From contig CM082589.2 in the NCBI GenBank assembly GCA_040954595.2, positions 3,424,213 to 3,488,212 on the forward strand: a DNA stretch of 64,000 nt, read 5' to 3'. Origin of the DNA: Balanoglossus misakiensis (taxonomy: Eukaryota; Animalia; Hemichordata). Position numbers and translations under genes: made by a program. This document shows positions 26,501 through 40,694 of the stretch, piece by piece (position 1 is the first letter of the stretch; each line of letters starts with the position of its first letter). The notes below the pieces were generated by a model that was not told the DNA's origin, did no database searches, and was given only the letters and a program-made list of their open reading frames with translations.

Positions 26501-29500
26501 ATGATTATTTTGATATTGTGCTTTGGTGGTAATGTTCGTTTGAACCAAAATACAGGCGAATTATCAGCACAAACAAGACAGTAAACCTTCCCCATCACCT
26601 CTCTCGACTCGCAACCTTTGAATGCAGGCACGATCTTTTGTGTAGCGTTGCGCATGCGCTTTTTCGGCATTGTCCCTGATGATGGTACGGCTGTCCATGT
26701 CTGTTTCTTGGGCGATTCGGCGTGGATAATTCGGCGATATGGAATGGATGCGCACATAACAGTCTATTTCAGGTGACAGTTTCAAGCACAAGAGATAAGG
26801 TAAATGTCTCGTCTTCGTTTATATTAGCGCAAAATGGCGATATTTCTCCGTTTGTCGGGCATGCGCGCTGTTCGCGGTGTTAGAGTTCGGCGCCGCGGCG
26901 TTATAGTATGAGCGTGAACTCGTCTCGGCATTGCCTTTCTCTGTAATATGTATGTTCATCGCGTTAAACACGCAGCTCTCCAAATGCCGGAGTTGTATAT
27001 CTACTCTCTGTCAAATTCTTCAATTTTCATAATTTACATCAAACATTATTTCCGATGGAGAAGACTGCACATCGGGGTTCAGTATTTCAGGCAAACCCTC
27101 GGCAGTGTTGTGAGCGGGCGAGCGGTTGTCATCGATTGTACTAATAATACATGTACAGCGCACGGCGAATGCACGTATATATATTCGCCGGTTGGTGCCG
27201 TCTTATTATTATTTCTAGAAATAGATTGACGCACGGCCAACGCTGCCGACAACGTTTAACCTGAATCGTGTCACTCGCGTGCGTTTTAAATATATACTTA
27301 ATATTCAAGCTTTTCGTAGGTGCCAACTGTATAGGCATCATCATCATATGTTGTACGGCGTGACTGGCAGAATATATGCCATCAATCTCCGTGTTTGGCG
27401 TCATTCGCTATGACAGCCAAAATATCGAGATAAGCTTATGCCATAATTTCAGATAAAATCATCGCTTTTCTGAATAGCGTTGTTAAACGATAAAAAGTAC
27501 ACGATTGATGCCAGTATTACGTTTGCGCGTGAAATATCTTGGTGGTTGATAGTACAGGAGGGTCTGTGCCGTTTGTTTTCGGGTCACCGCAAACTTCACT
27601 AGAAAGCGTAGATTCTTGAATTGTCATTTATATAGAAATGTGTCGTTGTGGTTCATACTTATCACAAAGATGACTGTCAAAAGGAAGCCACTATTTTATG
27701 GTCGATCACTGTAAATTTATCTTCACTCATGCAACAAGCTAACCTTAGTGGTAAATCGGTGAATTCAAATACTACAGCAACACACGCAGGGTTTCTGAAG
27801 GAAAGACGTGTCAGAATACAATAATTGATAGTTAAATTTTATAGAAGGCAGACGAAAATGACATATGCTTCTATACTAAATTGCGTCCATGCGGTCACCT
27901 TCGCTATACCTTCTTTGAATAGATTACATTGTCGCCATTGCTTCAAATCATGATCGTTGGGTCCCCACTACGCATGCCCAGACTTCTCAGCACATCCGAC
28001 CATCGGATTATATTATCACATATTCCATCGCCATGACGACGAAATATGATATAATAGAATACTTGGTACTAGCCAACGCTTTAATTTTGACGTGTATGAA
28101 AAACGTATACAAACAGTGCAACCGATTTTCGGTTCAATGATAAACTGAAATGAGAGAACGGGGCAACTGTTCGGGTGTATTTTGAGCGCTAATGACGTAA
28201 AATCGGTGGTAATGACGGGAAAGACAACGATGGTATCGTTATCACACTGATCGGCTAAGAAAGAGGATTTCTGTACTGGTTTTAATGCTCTTTGCTGCCG
28301 GATCCCCGTCTCCATAACCCGCCGTGACATTTTATGACGTGCAAAATACCTTGACCGCGCCAGTACCAGACGACGATTAAAAATACCAACAAACTGCGTG
28401 TGACACGGCGACCAGATGAACGTTGGCATGGGATGTTTTACCATCGTTGTCATGTGTTTACAGAATAGCTCGCATCTGGTGGATGCAGAAATACAGAGCA
28501 TCGCACGCACTTTTTTTTCGCAGACATTTCATATAGTTAAAAAGATGCGACATTGTACATTGCATCTAGAGCACTCATAACTACTTGAAAGTGGTGATGC
28601 GAACACAATTTTCAGAGATTAATACGCTGTGAAACCATAGCTGTAGGTTAAGTTGGCCTGTCTGGGCAAAACATAGGCTTTTTCGCATAAAACACAATGC
28701 ATATGCCAGTGCTAGAAATCGCTTGCAGCGCGGCAGCTGTCAGCAAATGTACGGTGAATCAGAATAACACATGCACAATTGCTGTTAATGGCATTTTTTT
28801 TATAAATAGTCCATACTGGTACATTGTCGAATACATATTAGATCGAAAGGACGCAATTAGTGGGAACGTTATTGTGTCGCGATAGGTTTGACTCGCTTTT
28901 GGTACAGCACTGGTTACGCGTGACTGGAGACCATGTCAGTTTTCATTGTAGTGCATGTGAAGTGGTCTTGTGTGTGTATGGAGTTGTCTTGTGTTCATGG
29001 GAGTCGCGGGCGACGCGGTCTGTGTGATACGGTGTGATTTATTGTGGCGTGTGTGTGTGAGGGGGGGGGGCACGAATCTGTGTCAGTCGTTTTGCTTGAT
29101 TGTTCTTCTCGCGTGTATCCCTGCAGAAAACGCCCCCAGTTTGATGAGCGATGAAAATTGCCAACCTGTTTGCACGTGTTCTATGATGCGTGTGTCGTTG
29201 TTCTTATCGATATCCGTGCGCCTACTGCAACGGTTTCGTCATAAAATGGCGGTTTCGTACATAATTTTGACGGAGACTGCAATCGATGTTCGGCAATACA
29301 TCACTTTCGACCACGGCTTGCCAATATCGTGTTTGTAGCTGAAATAGAAGAGAGGAACAGCAATTAACTCGGTCGCTCATAGCAATCCAAATTCCCCAGC
29401 AAAGTGATTTCATACTAAATAATTGATTCGTACGAGTTTCCTAATTGATCATTCTTTTCTCTAAGAGCGCAAAATTTGGTGGTGATGTAGGTTGCAAAGG

Positions 29501-32500
29501 TGATTTGTGACTTTCAAAATGTGCAGGTGGTCTTCTGTTCACCGAAATGGGTCTTCTGTTCAGGAACGATTTTCACAATCTACACAGCCATAGTATCCAG
29601 TGCATGTGGACTTAGAAAAACACTCTCACTTTCATATTCCTGCCAAAAGAGCAGTGAGCTCGCAACTATGCATTAACCACTGCCCAGGAGCGTTAATTAA
29701 TTGTTGAATTTTCTAAGCGTCAGATTGACCTTGGAAGGTGACCCCAAAAATCATTGTCAAGGTCATTGGTGCTGTGTTGTGTTGTCTTGACAACTTGAGG
29801 CTGGCTCTTCCGCCGGGCATACAATGTGAGAATTATTCAAAGTCCCAATAGCCGCAATGTCGGGCTACATCCGGGTCACTAGCAGCACCTGCGGCAGGCG
29901 ATCCATGTCACGTGACCTTCAGAAATGACTACGAGAGCACCAAAACGTTTTCGCTAAATAGTCCTTATTGTAAAAGATTTCTTTTGTTTCGTGATTATTT
30001 GTCTAATGTTCTGAAAATGTGGCGCGGCAGACGAGTTTCTGTACCATACTCTACTACCAATGATATTCCACTGCTCACGGTTTCACGTTGTCAACCGCGA
30101 CAACCATTGGAAGGAAGTGACGTAGGCTGATTAGTATTGTGACGTGTACTTTTGAAGATTAATGACAATGGAATTATTTTCCGTTTGATAATTTTGTTTT
30201 CTATTCTGAAAATATTATCACGGTCACGCTCTTTTCAAAATAATAAGTGTATCGGCTTTGCTTTGGTACAGACACACGAATTTCACAGCCACGTGACTGA
30301 GGAGAAAATGAAAAATGAAAACATGACATTTTCAACAAAATATCCATTATATAGGACGTTGATAGCAACATAAAAATAAATAATTCATGGGTCTACAGTT
30401 ATTAGGAAGTTAAAAACGGAATCAGATAGACTGAAAACGAATACGGAATGAATACGTTTGTCTTGCTGTCCAATTTGAGTCACACGAGATAACATTTCTG
30501 GAAATGTAAGTTTTATACCCAGCAACCAGCAGGCTAACACAAATTACAAGGTTCACTACATAGAGGTCAGTCATTTTGATATATAAGGAAATCAGATAGA
30601 AGACAATACCTCAATGTTGATGCTGGGTCTTGTAATATGATTATGTAATCTCGATTATCTATATTCGCAATTTATATCCAGTACAATTGATAAGCTGTTT
30701 AAAAATATTAGAGCCTTCATCATTTAGAAGGGGGTATTGGGGAAGGGGGAGGGGCTAAAATCCCCTCATATTCTTATGAGTCTCCATTATTAGTATTTGT
30801 ATTAGTATTAACGACAACAACTGTTACAGCAACAACAACAATCATTGGTATTGTGTTATAAGATACGCAAATTATGGGAACTGATGTGTTGGATGAATAC
30901 AATACATACGCAATTCAATTGAGGCGATATTTTTCCTGAAAATTAATCCATTGAGACTTCATATGTAGGACCTACATCGTGTTTTTATAATTAGCGTACT
31001 ATATAAAGGGAACAATACAGCTCCTGTATCTTAATAATATTACGTGTGCGTCCACACATGCGCACTGCGTTTATTCCCACACGTAATAACGGTCAATGTT
31101 ACGCCATGTGACCGTAATCGGCATAGTGCATAATATCGTTGTAAATATTATTGTGTAATGCATATATATATAAACGCAGAGACATACAAACACTCGCTTA
31201 GTAAACGATTTGTTTAATGTTCTGTTAAATTATTTTAGTTCATCTTGCACACACAGCGGTGTGGACTATGTAAATGTCATAGGCCGCAGTGGGGTAAAAA
31301 TCATCAATGTCAAACTCGATCAATACACTGCAACAATGTAAACATTGACATTTGATATTTAAATGTTATCCGACCTCGTTTTTTGCTCTGTCAAAATTAT
31401 TACACGTCCCTGATCGTACTAAACGTGCCGTACGAACTGCTCCTTCATTATTCCGTCTGGCCAGCCGTCCTCGCTTCCGTCAAATAATTGTATATTTTCA
31501 GAATATCATGATGTTTTCTCTGCTACATAATGTAAACTGATATTTTAGCAAACGGTTCTTTGTTATATAATCATTAGCAGTAATTTCCTGCCTGGCGGCG
31601 CATCAGATGTAGCCAGTAAACGAGAAACAAATTATGCAGACTCATACGTGGAGCAGGCTTTAAATGTGTCGGTTTAATGACTGGAAAACGCGCATGTGCA
31701 GATTTAGCTGAGACATTTTTAGTGAGCGTTTGTGATTTGGGAATTCTGTTATGAGGTTGACGGTCTTTGACTTCGGTTCATTTGAAAGGGAAAATTATTC
31801 GGTCAACAAAAATTATCAATACAGTTTTATTATGCACACAATGCGGCATAAGATTCGCAACATAAAGACTGCATTCCATGACGTGTATATCTGAAATAAA
31901 ATCACAGAAATATTGATTGATTGATTGATCGATCAATTGATTGAGTGAGTGAGTGAGTGATCATTCACAAAACTCGGCGATGTAGAAATGAGGGCGGTGT
32001 GTACGTGTGTGACGTATTGCACGAGTCGTTACCTGAGCCCAGTACGTCACACATGACGCCCAGTACACGGTTATAATTAGCCTTACCCAGTTACACGTTC
32101 GGCTTCCTTCAATGTTCATTGACATGTCCGCCATGAAATTCACAGAAATGCAAATGAAATCGTTTGCAAAATTGTAGAAATGATTAGCACATGGCTACGA
32201 GGAAAGAACTATTCAGCCACACGACACGTACATATACTTCAAGGTGCCCCAATGCTACTATGCTGTAAGCAACGCATTGTATACTATAGACTTCCCTTGG
32301 TTTTATAATTATGCCAATGTCTCCGAGAACAAATGGTCGTTCACATTGTGCTTTACGATTAGCCATTTTGGTTTCACAGAAATTAGCTTGGTATTACAGC
32401 AATGAAATCGACCCCCTTCCAACTAACCTTAAAGGTCCGTTATATCATTATTTGTGAGAAACGGTGACACACTTTTTGAACCTTCCATATCCAAAATACA

Positions 32501-35466
32501 AACATCAACCTCGGTGACACTTCCCTTTTCAAAATCACAACCTCAATTCAATTCACATTTTGAGGTCGTTAAAGAGGCAGTTGTCGTAAAAAGTCCATTT
32601 CTCGGTTAGTCACGACATTTTTGATCCCAAACGGAATATGGCGAGTATAGAGGCGAGATACTGTTAACATCATGTTTATAGGTGTACCTTACATAGTGTA
32701 TAAACAACGTTTCACGCCGTGATGAACACGGATCTTTGAAACCCGAGGAAGGTGTGATGTATTAAAATTTAAAGGAGGGCTCGCTTTCCTTCGTCTCAGT
32801 TTCACCTGTGCTTTCTAACCTAAATTTCTGGCAATAGTGTCGGTGGTACATTCTAGTTCGCGTTACCCAGATAAGTAGATGGAACATACGGAAAATGAAT
32901 TTGATTTTTACAGTAGGGCAGTGTTCTTCCCAAGAAGCTTCAAGAGTAGTAACTAATTTGTGTAAATAATGTTAATGTTCACGAGAGTCTACTTGTGCTT
33001 GCAAAAACACCATGCAGGGGGCACTTTGTTTTTTAAATTTACCGGAGGGGGTTGCCCTGTTTTGTTTTTATTTTTTAAATGGGGGGGGGGGTCAGTAATG
33101 TGTTAACAAACTGTCAAACAACCAAGCAACTGCAAAGACCACCAAGATACATTAAATACACTGATGTTGATGTAACTTGACCTGCGTTTTGAGAATGGCA
33201 ACACGCTAGGGAGTTACGCACCCCCACAGTACAATTTCGCGCCTGTTTCTAACGCTCAATTAGGTCATACCATGGGGAACGTCATTATCTCCCATGATTA
33301 TTTACGCCACGCGAGGCCGTCGTCACATTCTCAGTGTACAACCAGGTCCCATTGTGCTGTATTGCCACCCGGGGTTCATCACATAGACGCATGCTGTGTA
33401 CTTTCAAGTGACAATTTCTATAGGTTCCCACTGACTTTCGCACCTGAGATAGGCCTACAGCTCGGCACTGCTTGTTTGTGCCAATCCAATAGCAACTTAT
33501 TTGGAAGATCTCGAAGACTTGTGTAACTGTTAAGTGGCTTGCTTTATTTCCATGACACTGGAGCTTCAAAACGCACGTGTACGCACTCATTTACTTAGAC
33601 TCACAAACATTCGCTCGTGCACGCAAACAGAAATCAGTGACAGTGTCACAGTGACGCGGCCGTCAACCACAAGGGTGGAAATTCCACTCACTGACGATGT
33701 GATACCGAACCATAGTGGACATCCAAGTCCTTGAAAAGCAATACATGTCCTGCGTCACAATTGTCCTCGACTCGTGTGATGTGGTCCAAAGCTACACTCC
33801 CTCCCATACGAGCCAACGAACAGGTGTTCGAGCGATTGTTTCATAATGATCAGAGATTTCCAAGAATATGAAGTGTATTTCAGTAAACTTTATTTTTTCG
33901 CTCTGGGGTGAGTTAGAGTGCACAAACTGAATAGTATTGTTGACTTTTCCCCCAGATGCCAGGATATCACGCAAAGATCACACAGTTGTCATGGAATCTG
34001 TCTGTTTACTAGAAAGTAGGATTTATACACAAGAAAATAATCAAAAGTCTGCCAAGATAATCGGGTATTTTGCCACAGGTAACATGAATATTTAATACAT
34101 TGCAATTTGAACAATAAAACAGCTTTGACAATCGAACGATATGGAAAAGTTCATCGGGGAAAATTGGGTTCATAAGTGGCCCAGGGAAAGTTCAAGTGGG
34201 AACGAGGACGAGTTCCCTGTTAGATTTCCAATTATCTCGATTAAGTGGTGCAGATCGATGAGATGTTCGCCTGCGGGTAGCCGAGCCTAGCGCAAATCTT
34301 CGAAGTTGGTGATATGCTTTATGTTATAAAACGGTGACCTGATTACCAGAAACACGGTGTCCCTTTCCTGACGTTTAAATCCGTGACGTCACGGTGTTGG
34401 TGGCTGCCGTCGCGGCGATAGCGTCAATTCAAAACGTAATTAAGGTCGTTCCGTCCGTTTCATTCAACTGTGATGGATGCCCTGCGATGGCCAGAGCGGC
34501 GGAAACGGAAACGGAAACACGTATCGTCAAGGTCGAACTTGTAAACGAACTCAACGATACGGTGTCGGTGAAAGTCCTCGCTGGGTCTCCGTTCGAGTCG
34601 CTGACAATGTGAGGGCGTTGTACGCAAGGGGGGGGGGGGGCGAAGTGACCCGCAGAAGGACCTCACTCACACCTGTACCGCGAGAATAATTCATGTACAT
34701 ATATCTGAGATTTCGCAAACAGATGCGACGTAATATTCCACTGATCTCCTCGTGTAGGGAAATGTGACCGATGGGATATTAAAAATCTCTCGATGTATGC
34801 TTAATGTCGTTGACGTCAGTGCAATTGAACAATTGGCGACTTACCCGTCCTTTCATAGAGGACCATTAAACGACAATCGTTTAAGAGTTATACAAACAGT
34901 CACCCGGGATAGGCATCACGTGTACGCCTCTTCGACAAGCAGGTGGCCACATGGAGAACAAAGAATCATCCCAACTGAACTTGGATGTTTTGAAATGATA
35001 ACAATTAATGGATTTCGGTGATACTCATTCGTCTCTCCATTACCCGTCATCGCGTCAGAGAAGCCCAACATACGTTCTTACTAAAGATTTATAAAGATTT
35101 CCAATACTGTTCGTGTATTTGATAGCTTTGAGCGAGTTTCTGAGCTGAGTTTCGAATTCGGGGCTGGGCTTGTATGTATTCCTTCAGCCCTTGTCTGCCT
35201 TTTCAGCGAATAATATCAACTATTTGGCAAATCTGATACCAATTAATGTAAAACAAAGGGAGTAGATCAGCCGAGATCATAATGACCACTTTCCAATGAA
35301 TACTCATCTCACGCAGAAATGAATGAGCGTACCCATAGCGACCGGCAATCGGTCACGTGACGTGTGATGTCATCCGTTTGATCACATGACTTTCAGCCCT
35401 TTACTGCAAGTATTATTCTGTCGGAAGACTAACAGTGGTCGTTTACTCTCACCGTTACCAACAGCC

Positions 35467-35520
35467 ATGTTGTCTTCACTTGCATATTTAGAAGGATTCG
35501 GTCGACATAAAAAACAGAAG
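35467..35520 (+). CDS. RGS gene candidate alternative first exon B (MLSSLAYLEGFGRHKKQK)
   Basis: Kozak-like acagccATG, 18 codons, donor AAG|GTAGGC (phase 0). GGTCACGTGAC E-box ~115 bp upstream. Confidence 0.5.
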
Positions 35521-37102
35521 GTAGGCATCTTTTTCAGTGTACATCCTCAACAAACGATTCAGCCATCACTGCCAAATAACAAACATCGGGAGGACTGAAG
35601 CTAAACGTTGATTTGACAAGCGGGCTGCTCAGTTCGGCGGATGTCATCTTTTGTCGCCGTTGATCAGATATCAGTCTCCCGCTCTAGTCTTACATGTCCG
35701 CCAAGGTGATGAGCGTTATCGGCTTTTCAGTGGAATTTGGTCCGCCTTTTCTGTGGGCAGGACCAGAATGTGAAATCAGTCCGCGTTTGATTTGTTAGAA
35801 CAGTCTCACTGCTATGGAAATGAGGCCTTCAAACCGCCGAGACATGACTCTCAGGTTATAGCGGAGATTTTCACCTGATTTAGAAGACAACGCCGAGAGA
35901 AAAGCTAACTCAGCTGTAACGATCATTAGGAGGGTACAAGGGGTGTTTTTGCTCATATCGTGTTTTTCCACACACACTCAAACAGCGCCGTGTAATTTTT
36001 ATTCACCGCATATGATTTCTGTTTCCGTTTTATGTGAACTGTGGACTGACATCAAAATATCACATTTTAAACAATGAGCGAGCAGCACTGTTATAAGCCT
36101 TTCCAGTTGACCTTCTTTTATAGCAGTCGGTTATTCAACAGACGTGTTGTAAGTAAGGAGAGAAATTGTACCTGTGGGGAGAGAGAGGGGAGAGAGATTT
36201 GTTAACAGCCGTTTTTTTTTACAGAATAACCTTTGCAACTGAGGAATGCAATTGCAAAATTAATATAAAAAGTTGAACATTACTTGGTATTTTTTTAATC
36301 GCGGGAGGGACCAACAATCAAACATAAATTTGTGCATTTTGGAGGACATCGGATATTATGAATATCATTCTACCGTGTCCACCTGTGAAACACAAATCGT
36401 AACTTCTTGGAAACACTGGAGCACGCGGTACATTCATTGACAGAAATGTTATAATCCCTGGTTAAGATATACTGGTCGAGCTGCCAAAGCTTATGATTAT
36501 ATGTTGGGTATGAAAATGAAATTTCGATAAACATATGCGGCGATATCATGATCGGTGTTCTTCTTTGAGACAGCAATCGTTGTCGTTCAGGGGAATAATG
36601 CCATCATTTACTGTTCTATGCAAGACATGGGTGTCAGCGAAGAGTGCGACGTCTCCGATCTGTTAGATCGGAATGCAAATGAAGCTCCTTACACAACGTG
36701 CCCCGTTCCCAATTAAATGTACCATCAGAAATACTAATCTGCAGCCGTAGTTACTGGTATCTAGGAAGATTAACATAATCTACCACGCATATTATTATTG
36801 CGTTTCTATTCCTTCGTATTTACTGGCAGGCTTCACTACAACATTTTTTGTATTCATTATCGACTAAATTCGCGGCCTTGTATTCAAAAGCAAGCATGGC
36901 CGTCCGCCACCACGTGACCTAAAAGGGCGAAGGTACACGTGATCACTGCACTGGTGGTGGGTACCAGTCAAACTGTGGCGTGTGAGGCGTGAAGCATGCA
37001 TCATTGGAGTGATTTGTCTTAATTAAATTTCACAAATCAGGTGACGTAATCGTGTGCCCAGGTTGGGCAGTGCAAGTATATTCAGAATCAGTAATATCAA
37101 CG

Positions 37103-37863
37103 TGTTACGTAGGAGAAGTTTTTCTATTGTTTTCGTGGCCAGGTGCACCTATGTTTATTTCTTTATTTAACATATTAGCGTGACCAGGTGTTAGTTTTTG
37201 GTCGTATAGAAACCACCCAGTGCCACGTTGTCGGGTGGCTCATTTTGATTCTGGTCTGGTAGCTGTGCCGTCGCCTTGGAGGAGTTTTGGGAGCCCACCG
37301 TACGGAGTTTGCCTGTCGACTGTGGTAGCTGAATACTGCCGAAGGGACTTGTGAAGTCGTGGGGGATGTTTTCGAGGACGCCGCGTGGAATTTGGGAGCC
37401 GTCCTGAGGGAGCGCGTCTCCGTGTGACTGTGGAACTGTATTTGAGGTAATACGTGGCTGTCTTTTGTACGCTGGCGTTAAACGGACAGAAAGGCCAGAA
37501 TTGTTGTGCGTCGAGTGAAAGGCCAGTAAAGCGAATTCAGTGATAATTTCTTATCCTTCACCTTCCGAGAACGAACTCAGCTGGTGGCGTGAGAACACAT
37601 AAAGCGAATCACGCGATAAAAGTGATGACGAGAGAGGCACGTACAATGTACGAATTCAAACGAAGGATTCGTGTGTTATTTTGTGCATTATTAATTGATT
37701 ATCAGTAGTATTTTTTCAGGTGCTCCAAAGCATTAATAAACATGTTTGATTGACAAACCGTGTACTGTGTGTACAATGAGTGGTGGCCTTCTGATACAGT
37801 GACTAGTAGAGTTTAAGGTTTGTTTTTGACAAATTTGTGAAGGCGTGAAAGTAAACAATAACA
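37103..37863 (+). mobile_element. Solo-LTR-like element (761 bp, TGTTA...TAACA)
   Basis: Starts TGTTACGT and ends AATAACA, with internal AATAAA at 37735. Its 5' ~395 bp recurs at 50172-50569 with the same start. No clean 4-6-bp TSD seen. Confidence 0.65.
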
Positions 37864-38707
37864 CGTGTGGAAGAGGGCAGTAATACGACGACCTCTGATC
37901 GACCTGAATATTTATTTCTATAATGTTCTATCTTCTCATAGCATATTGTCAGTCAAAATTTTCGTAAGCTTCATTCCCGTTATACAGTCATTGCGTTGCG
38001 TACATTGCAATTTCATGGTAACATAAACACTGACACACGAAACATCATAGGAGTTTCAGTAATTAACTCACAAGAGCGTCACGTGTATGGAATAAATTAT
38101 GGAATATTTGTTTAACGGCAGCGCGCATGCGCATGTTGAAGATCATTAATTTAGCCTGTGCCCGGCCTAAATGAAGAACCCCCGCAAAAGTTCCCCATTT
38201 TCGTCAAACTGTGACCCATATTTTTTTTCCGACTCCGTTACCATGTCAACCGGTATATCGATGCGCGGATTTTCCCTTGTAAATGATACTTCCCCAATGA
38301 GCGCCCGCCTACGTCACTCGGACAACCTACTTGCGTCATCTGTATAGAATCCGCCATTGTTGACAGACGACAATATTCATAATTACGGCGACGCATCCAA
38401 CACCACAGTGAAGACAACTGAAACGATTTTCCTAATGGCCCTTTTTCTCGTTAGATCGATTCTTTGACAGCAAGTTAATTGGGAATCGCTCCAGAGAAAT
38501 AATGCTGTTATAGTCCTCCCAATTAAATTAAAACTACGTATATAGAAATCCCGGGGCGACAATCATATCTGTTTTGACAAATATTACAATCATTGCATTC
38601 AGTCAGGAGGTTAGTGGCTTGTCAGTGCGGACATAGGGTTTGTGTTATTTCTGCAAATCATACCGCGGGTTGCGTTTCGTTGGATCCAGACACCTGTGAT
38701 CTCCAGC

Positions 38708-38764
38708 ATGACACAAAGCGCCGTTAGTATTCGCCTTCTCTCCTATGGTTCCATCGGAATCAAG
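38708..38764 (+). CDS. RGS gene candidate alternative first exon C (MTQSAVSIRLLSYGSIGIK)
   Basis: ccagcATG, 19 codons, donor AAG|GTAAAC (phase 0). Confidence 0.4.
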
Positions 38765-39500
38765 GTAAACATATGTCTTCATTACTAGTAATTTTGGATT
38801 CAAGTTAGCTCATTTTAAAAATTAACTGTTAATACTTCCCTAAAGAAAGGATTTACACATCTTTCAGTTTTTGTAGCAAATGGCCGGAAATTTGGATGGG
38901 TGATGCTAGAAAACGTCGTTTCATCTGACTGTTTTTCGTGGTTCCAGTGCGATTGTCTCTCAGAAAAATTTGAGCGAGGAAAACCGAAATTAAACGAACG
39001 GGTGTTTTCTGCATTTTTCAGGCGAACGTCCATGCCGTAAATCGCTTTGTACCGTGGCTCCCTTCCCTAACTCTCTCACACACGTTATATGGTTGTGTGA
39101 CGGGAAAGTCACACTTTGCGGGATTGTGGTTTTACACATCATATTTTACTGCCATACCTACACCCGTTTTCCCACACGAAGTGAATTGATCGACGGAAGC
39201 GACTAATGCTGCCGGATTTCCGTTACACTTTAGAATTGAATATTCGCATTCCTGACCACAGAGAGTAGGGACGTCTCAGCTTAGGATCTGATTAACATGG
39301 TTGTTTTTCTGGTGAAAATCTCGTTCGCTTACCGTATGTGACGTCATTTTCTTGTCTACGAACAGTGCAGATTGCAGTGACGTATCGTCACTGGCACAGC
39401 TTCTGTTAATTAAAATGTCTAATTAAAAGCAAGAACGACTGAAATGTTTTGATCTGTCAGAGAGAAATACTACAAAATCACACACCTGGTACTGAGGCTG

Positions 39501-39571
39501 CGATTTCATACAACCTTGAAAATAATATATTATGGCATATGACTGTTTTTTTTCGAGGTTGTATGAAATCG
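39501..39571. repeat. Short inverted-repeat element (22-bp arms)
   Basis: cgatttcatacaaccttgaaaa ... ttttcgaggttgtatgaaatcg, 1 mismatch; probably a MITE remnant. Confidence 0.7.
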
Positions 39572-40426
39572 TTTTGAAGACAGACGGAAATTGAAGTGTT
39601 TACCACCATGTGTGTAAAACTAACCAGTCAACTTTATTCCCCAGAGTTTGTTTGCTGTTTTGCATTACAATGATACTTAAATTTGATATAATTTGTTTAT
39701 CTGCTGACAATTGCATCAGTGGTGACCTCTGATATTTGACTTTTTAAAACACTGCGATTCAGTGGATTAGGATGAAGCGATTTAAATCTAAACTTCATGG
39801 TCATAATATCAAAAAAAAATTAATTGTGCCACGACAAGGTAAACAGACCGATTATCTTATTTTAGACGTATGACATTTCTATTTATTATTGATCGCTTTT
39901 GCCAGAACCTACATTCTACTGAAACGCGGGTACCAGTATATTTACTATATCAATGAAAAAGTCGGGTAGATAACCAGCGCCACCATATTGCGTATCGGGG
40001 ATAATGTGCGAAGTAGCGAGACTGGAAGCCTTGTTCAGATAATATGTTTGTGCGTTGCAGTGCATACGTAAACAAATCATTCAGAACGCCTTATTGGACG
40101 AAAAAGCGTTATAATTATCTTGTGCATTGAAATTCTGAGCAGGTCACGTGGTTATCTATTTCTTCATATCCGTGATGCGTCCCCCTTAAACTACACGTGA
40201 CCTTTTCTGGTCAGCATTCCATATCCCGACACACCATCTGCTGGTCGCGTGGTTCATGTCGTCAGAGTTCACGACACCTGCGCAGTTCAAGTTTCGATAA
40301 AGATAACTCCCGGCGCATCAGCGATGAAATTCCACTGGAAATTAGGCCGCGTGTGGGAAGGCCGGCATTTCCGTTTCACGACTTGAATATCTGGCAAGTT
40401 CATAAAATAGCCGACACGCTCAAAAA

Positions 40427-40522
40427 ATGGGTCGCGTTTCGAGAGCGCTGTGTTCGTGGCTACCGCCTTCCCAGCGAGTCCCGGCGAAACGTCCCTCTGT
40501 GCCGTACAGCAATCTGCCACTG
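40427..40522 (+). CDS. RGS gene candidate alternative first exon D (MGRVSRALCSWLPPSQRVPAKRPSVPYSNLPL)
   Basis: aaaATGG context, 32 codons, donor CTG|GTAAGA (phase 0), 172 bp before the common acceptor. E-boxes at ~40143 and ~40194. Confidence 0.55.
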
Positions 40523-40694
40523 GTAAGAAGAGTTCTTATAGAAGTTCCATTAGCTGTAACTTTTGTAGCTGTAAATCGCATTTAGTACACAGAACAGAAA
40601 TACTGAATATATAGCAAGAAGTTACAGCTAATGGAGCTTTAATTTATTGAAATATGTGATGTCACCTGAAAATCGCTTCTTTTTTCCCTTGCAG

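Noticed and set aside
28016-29413. ORFs of 164 and 122 aa in the RGS upstream intron
   Set aside because: No homology signal, and no phase-0 donor after an ATG that I could support.
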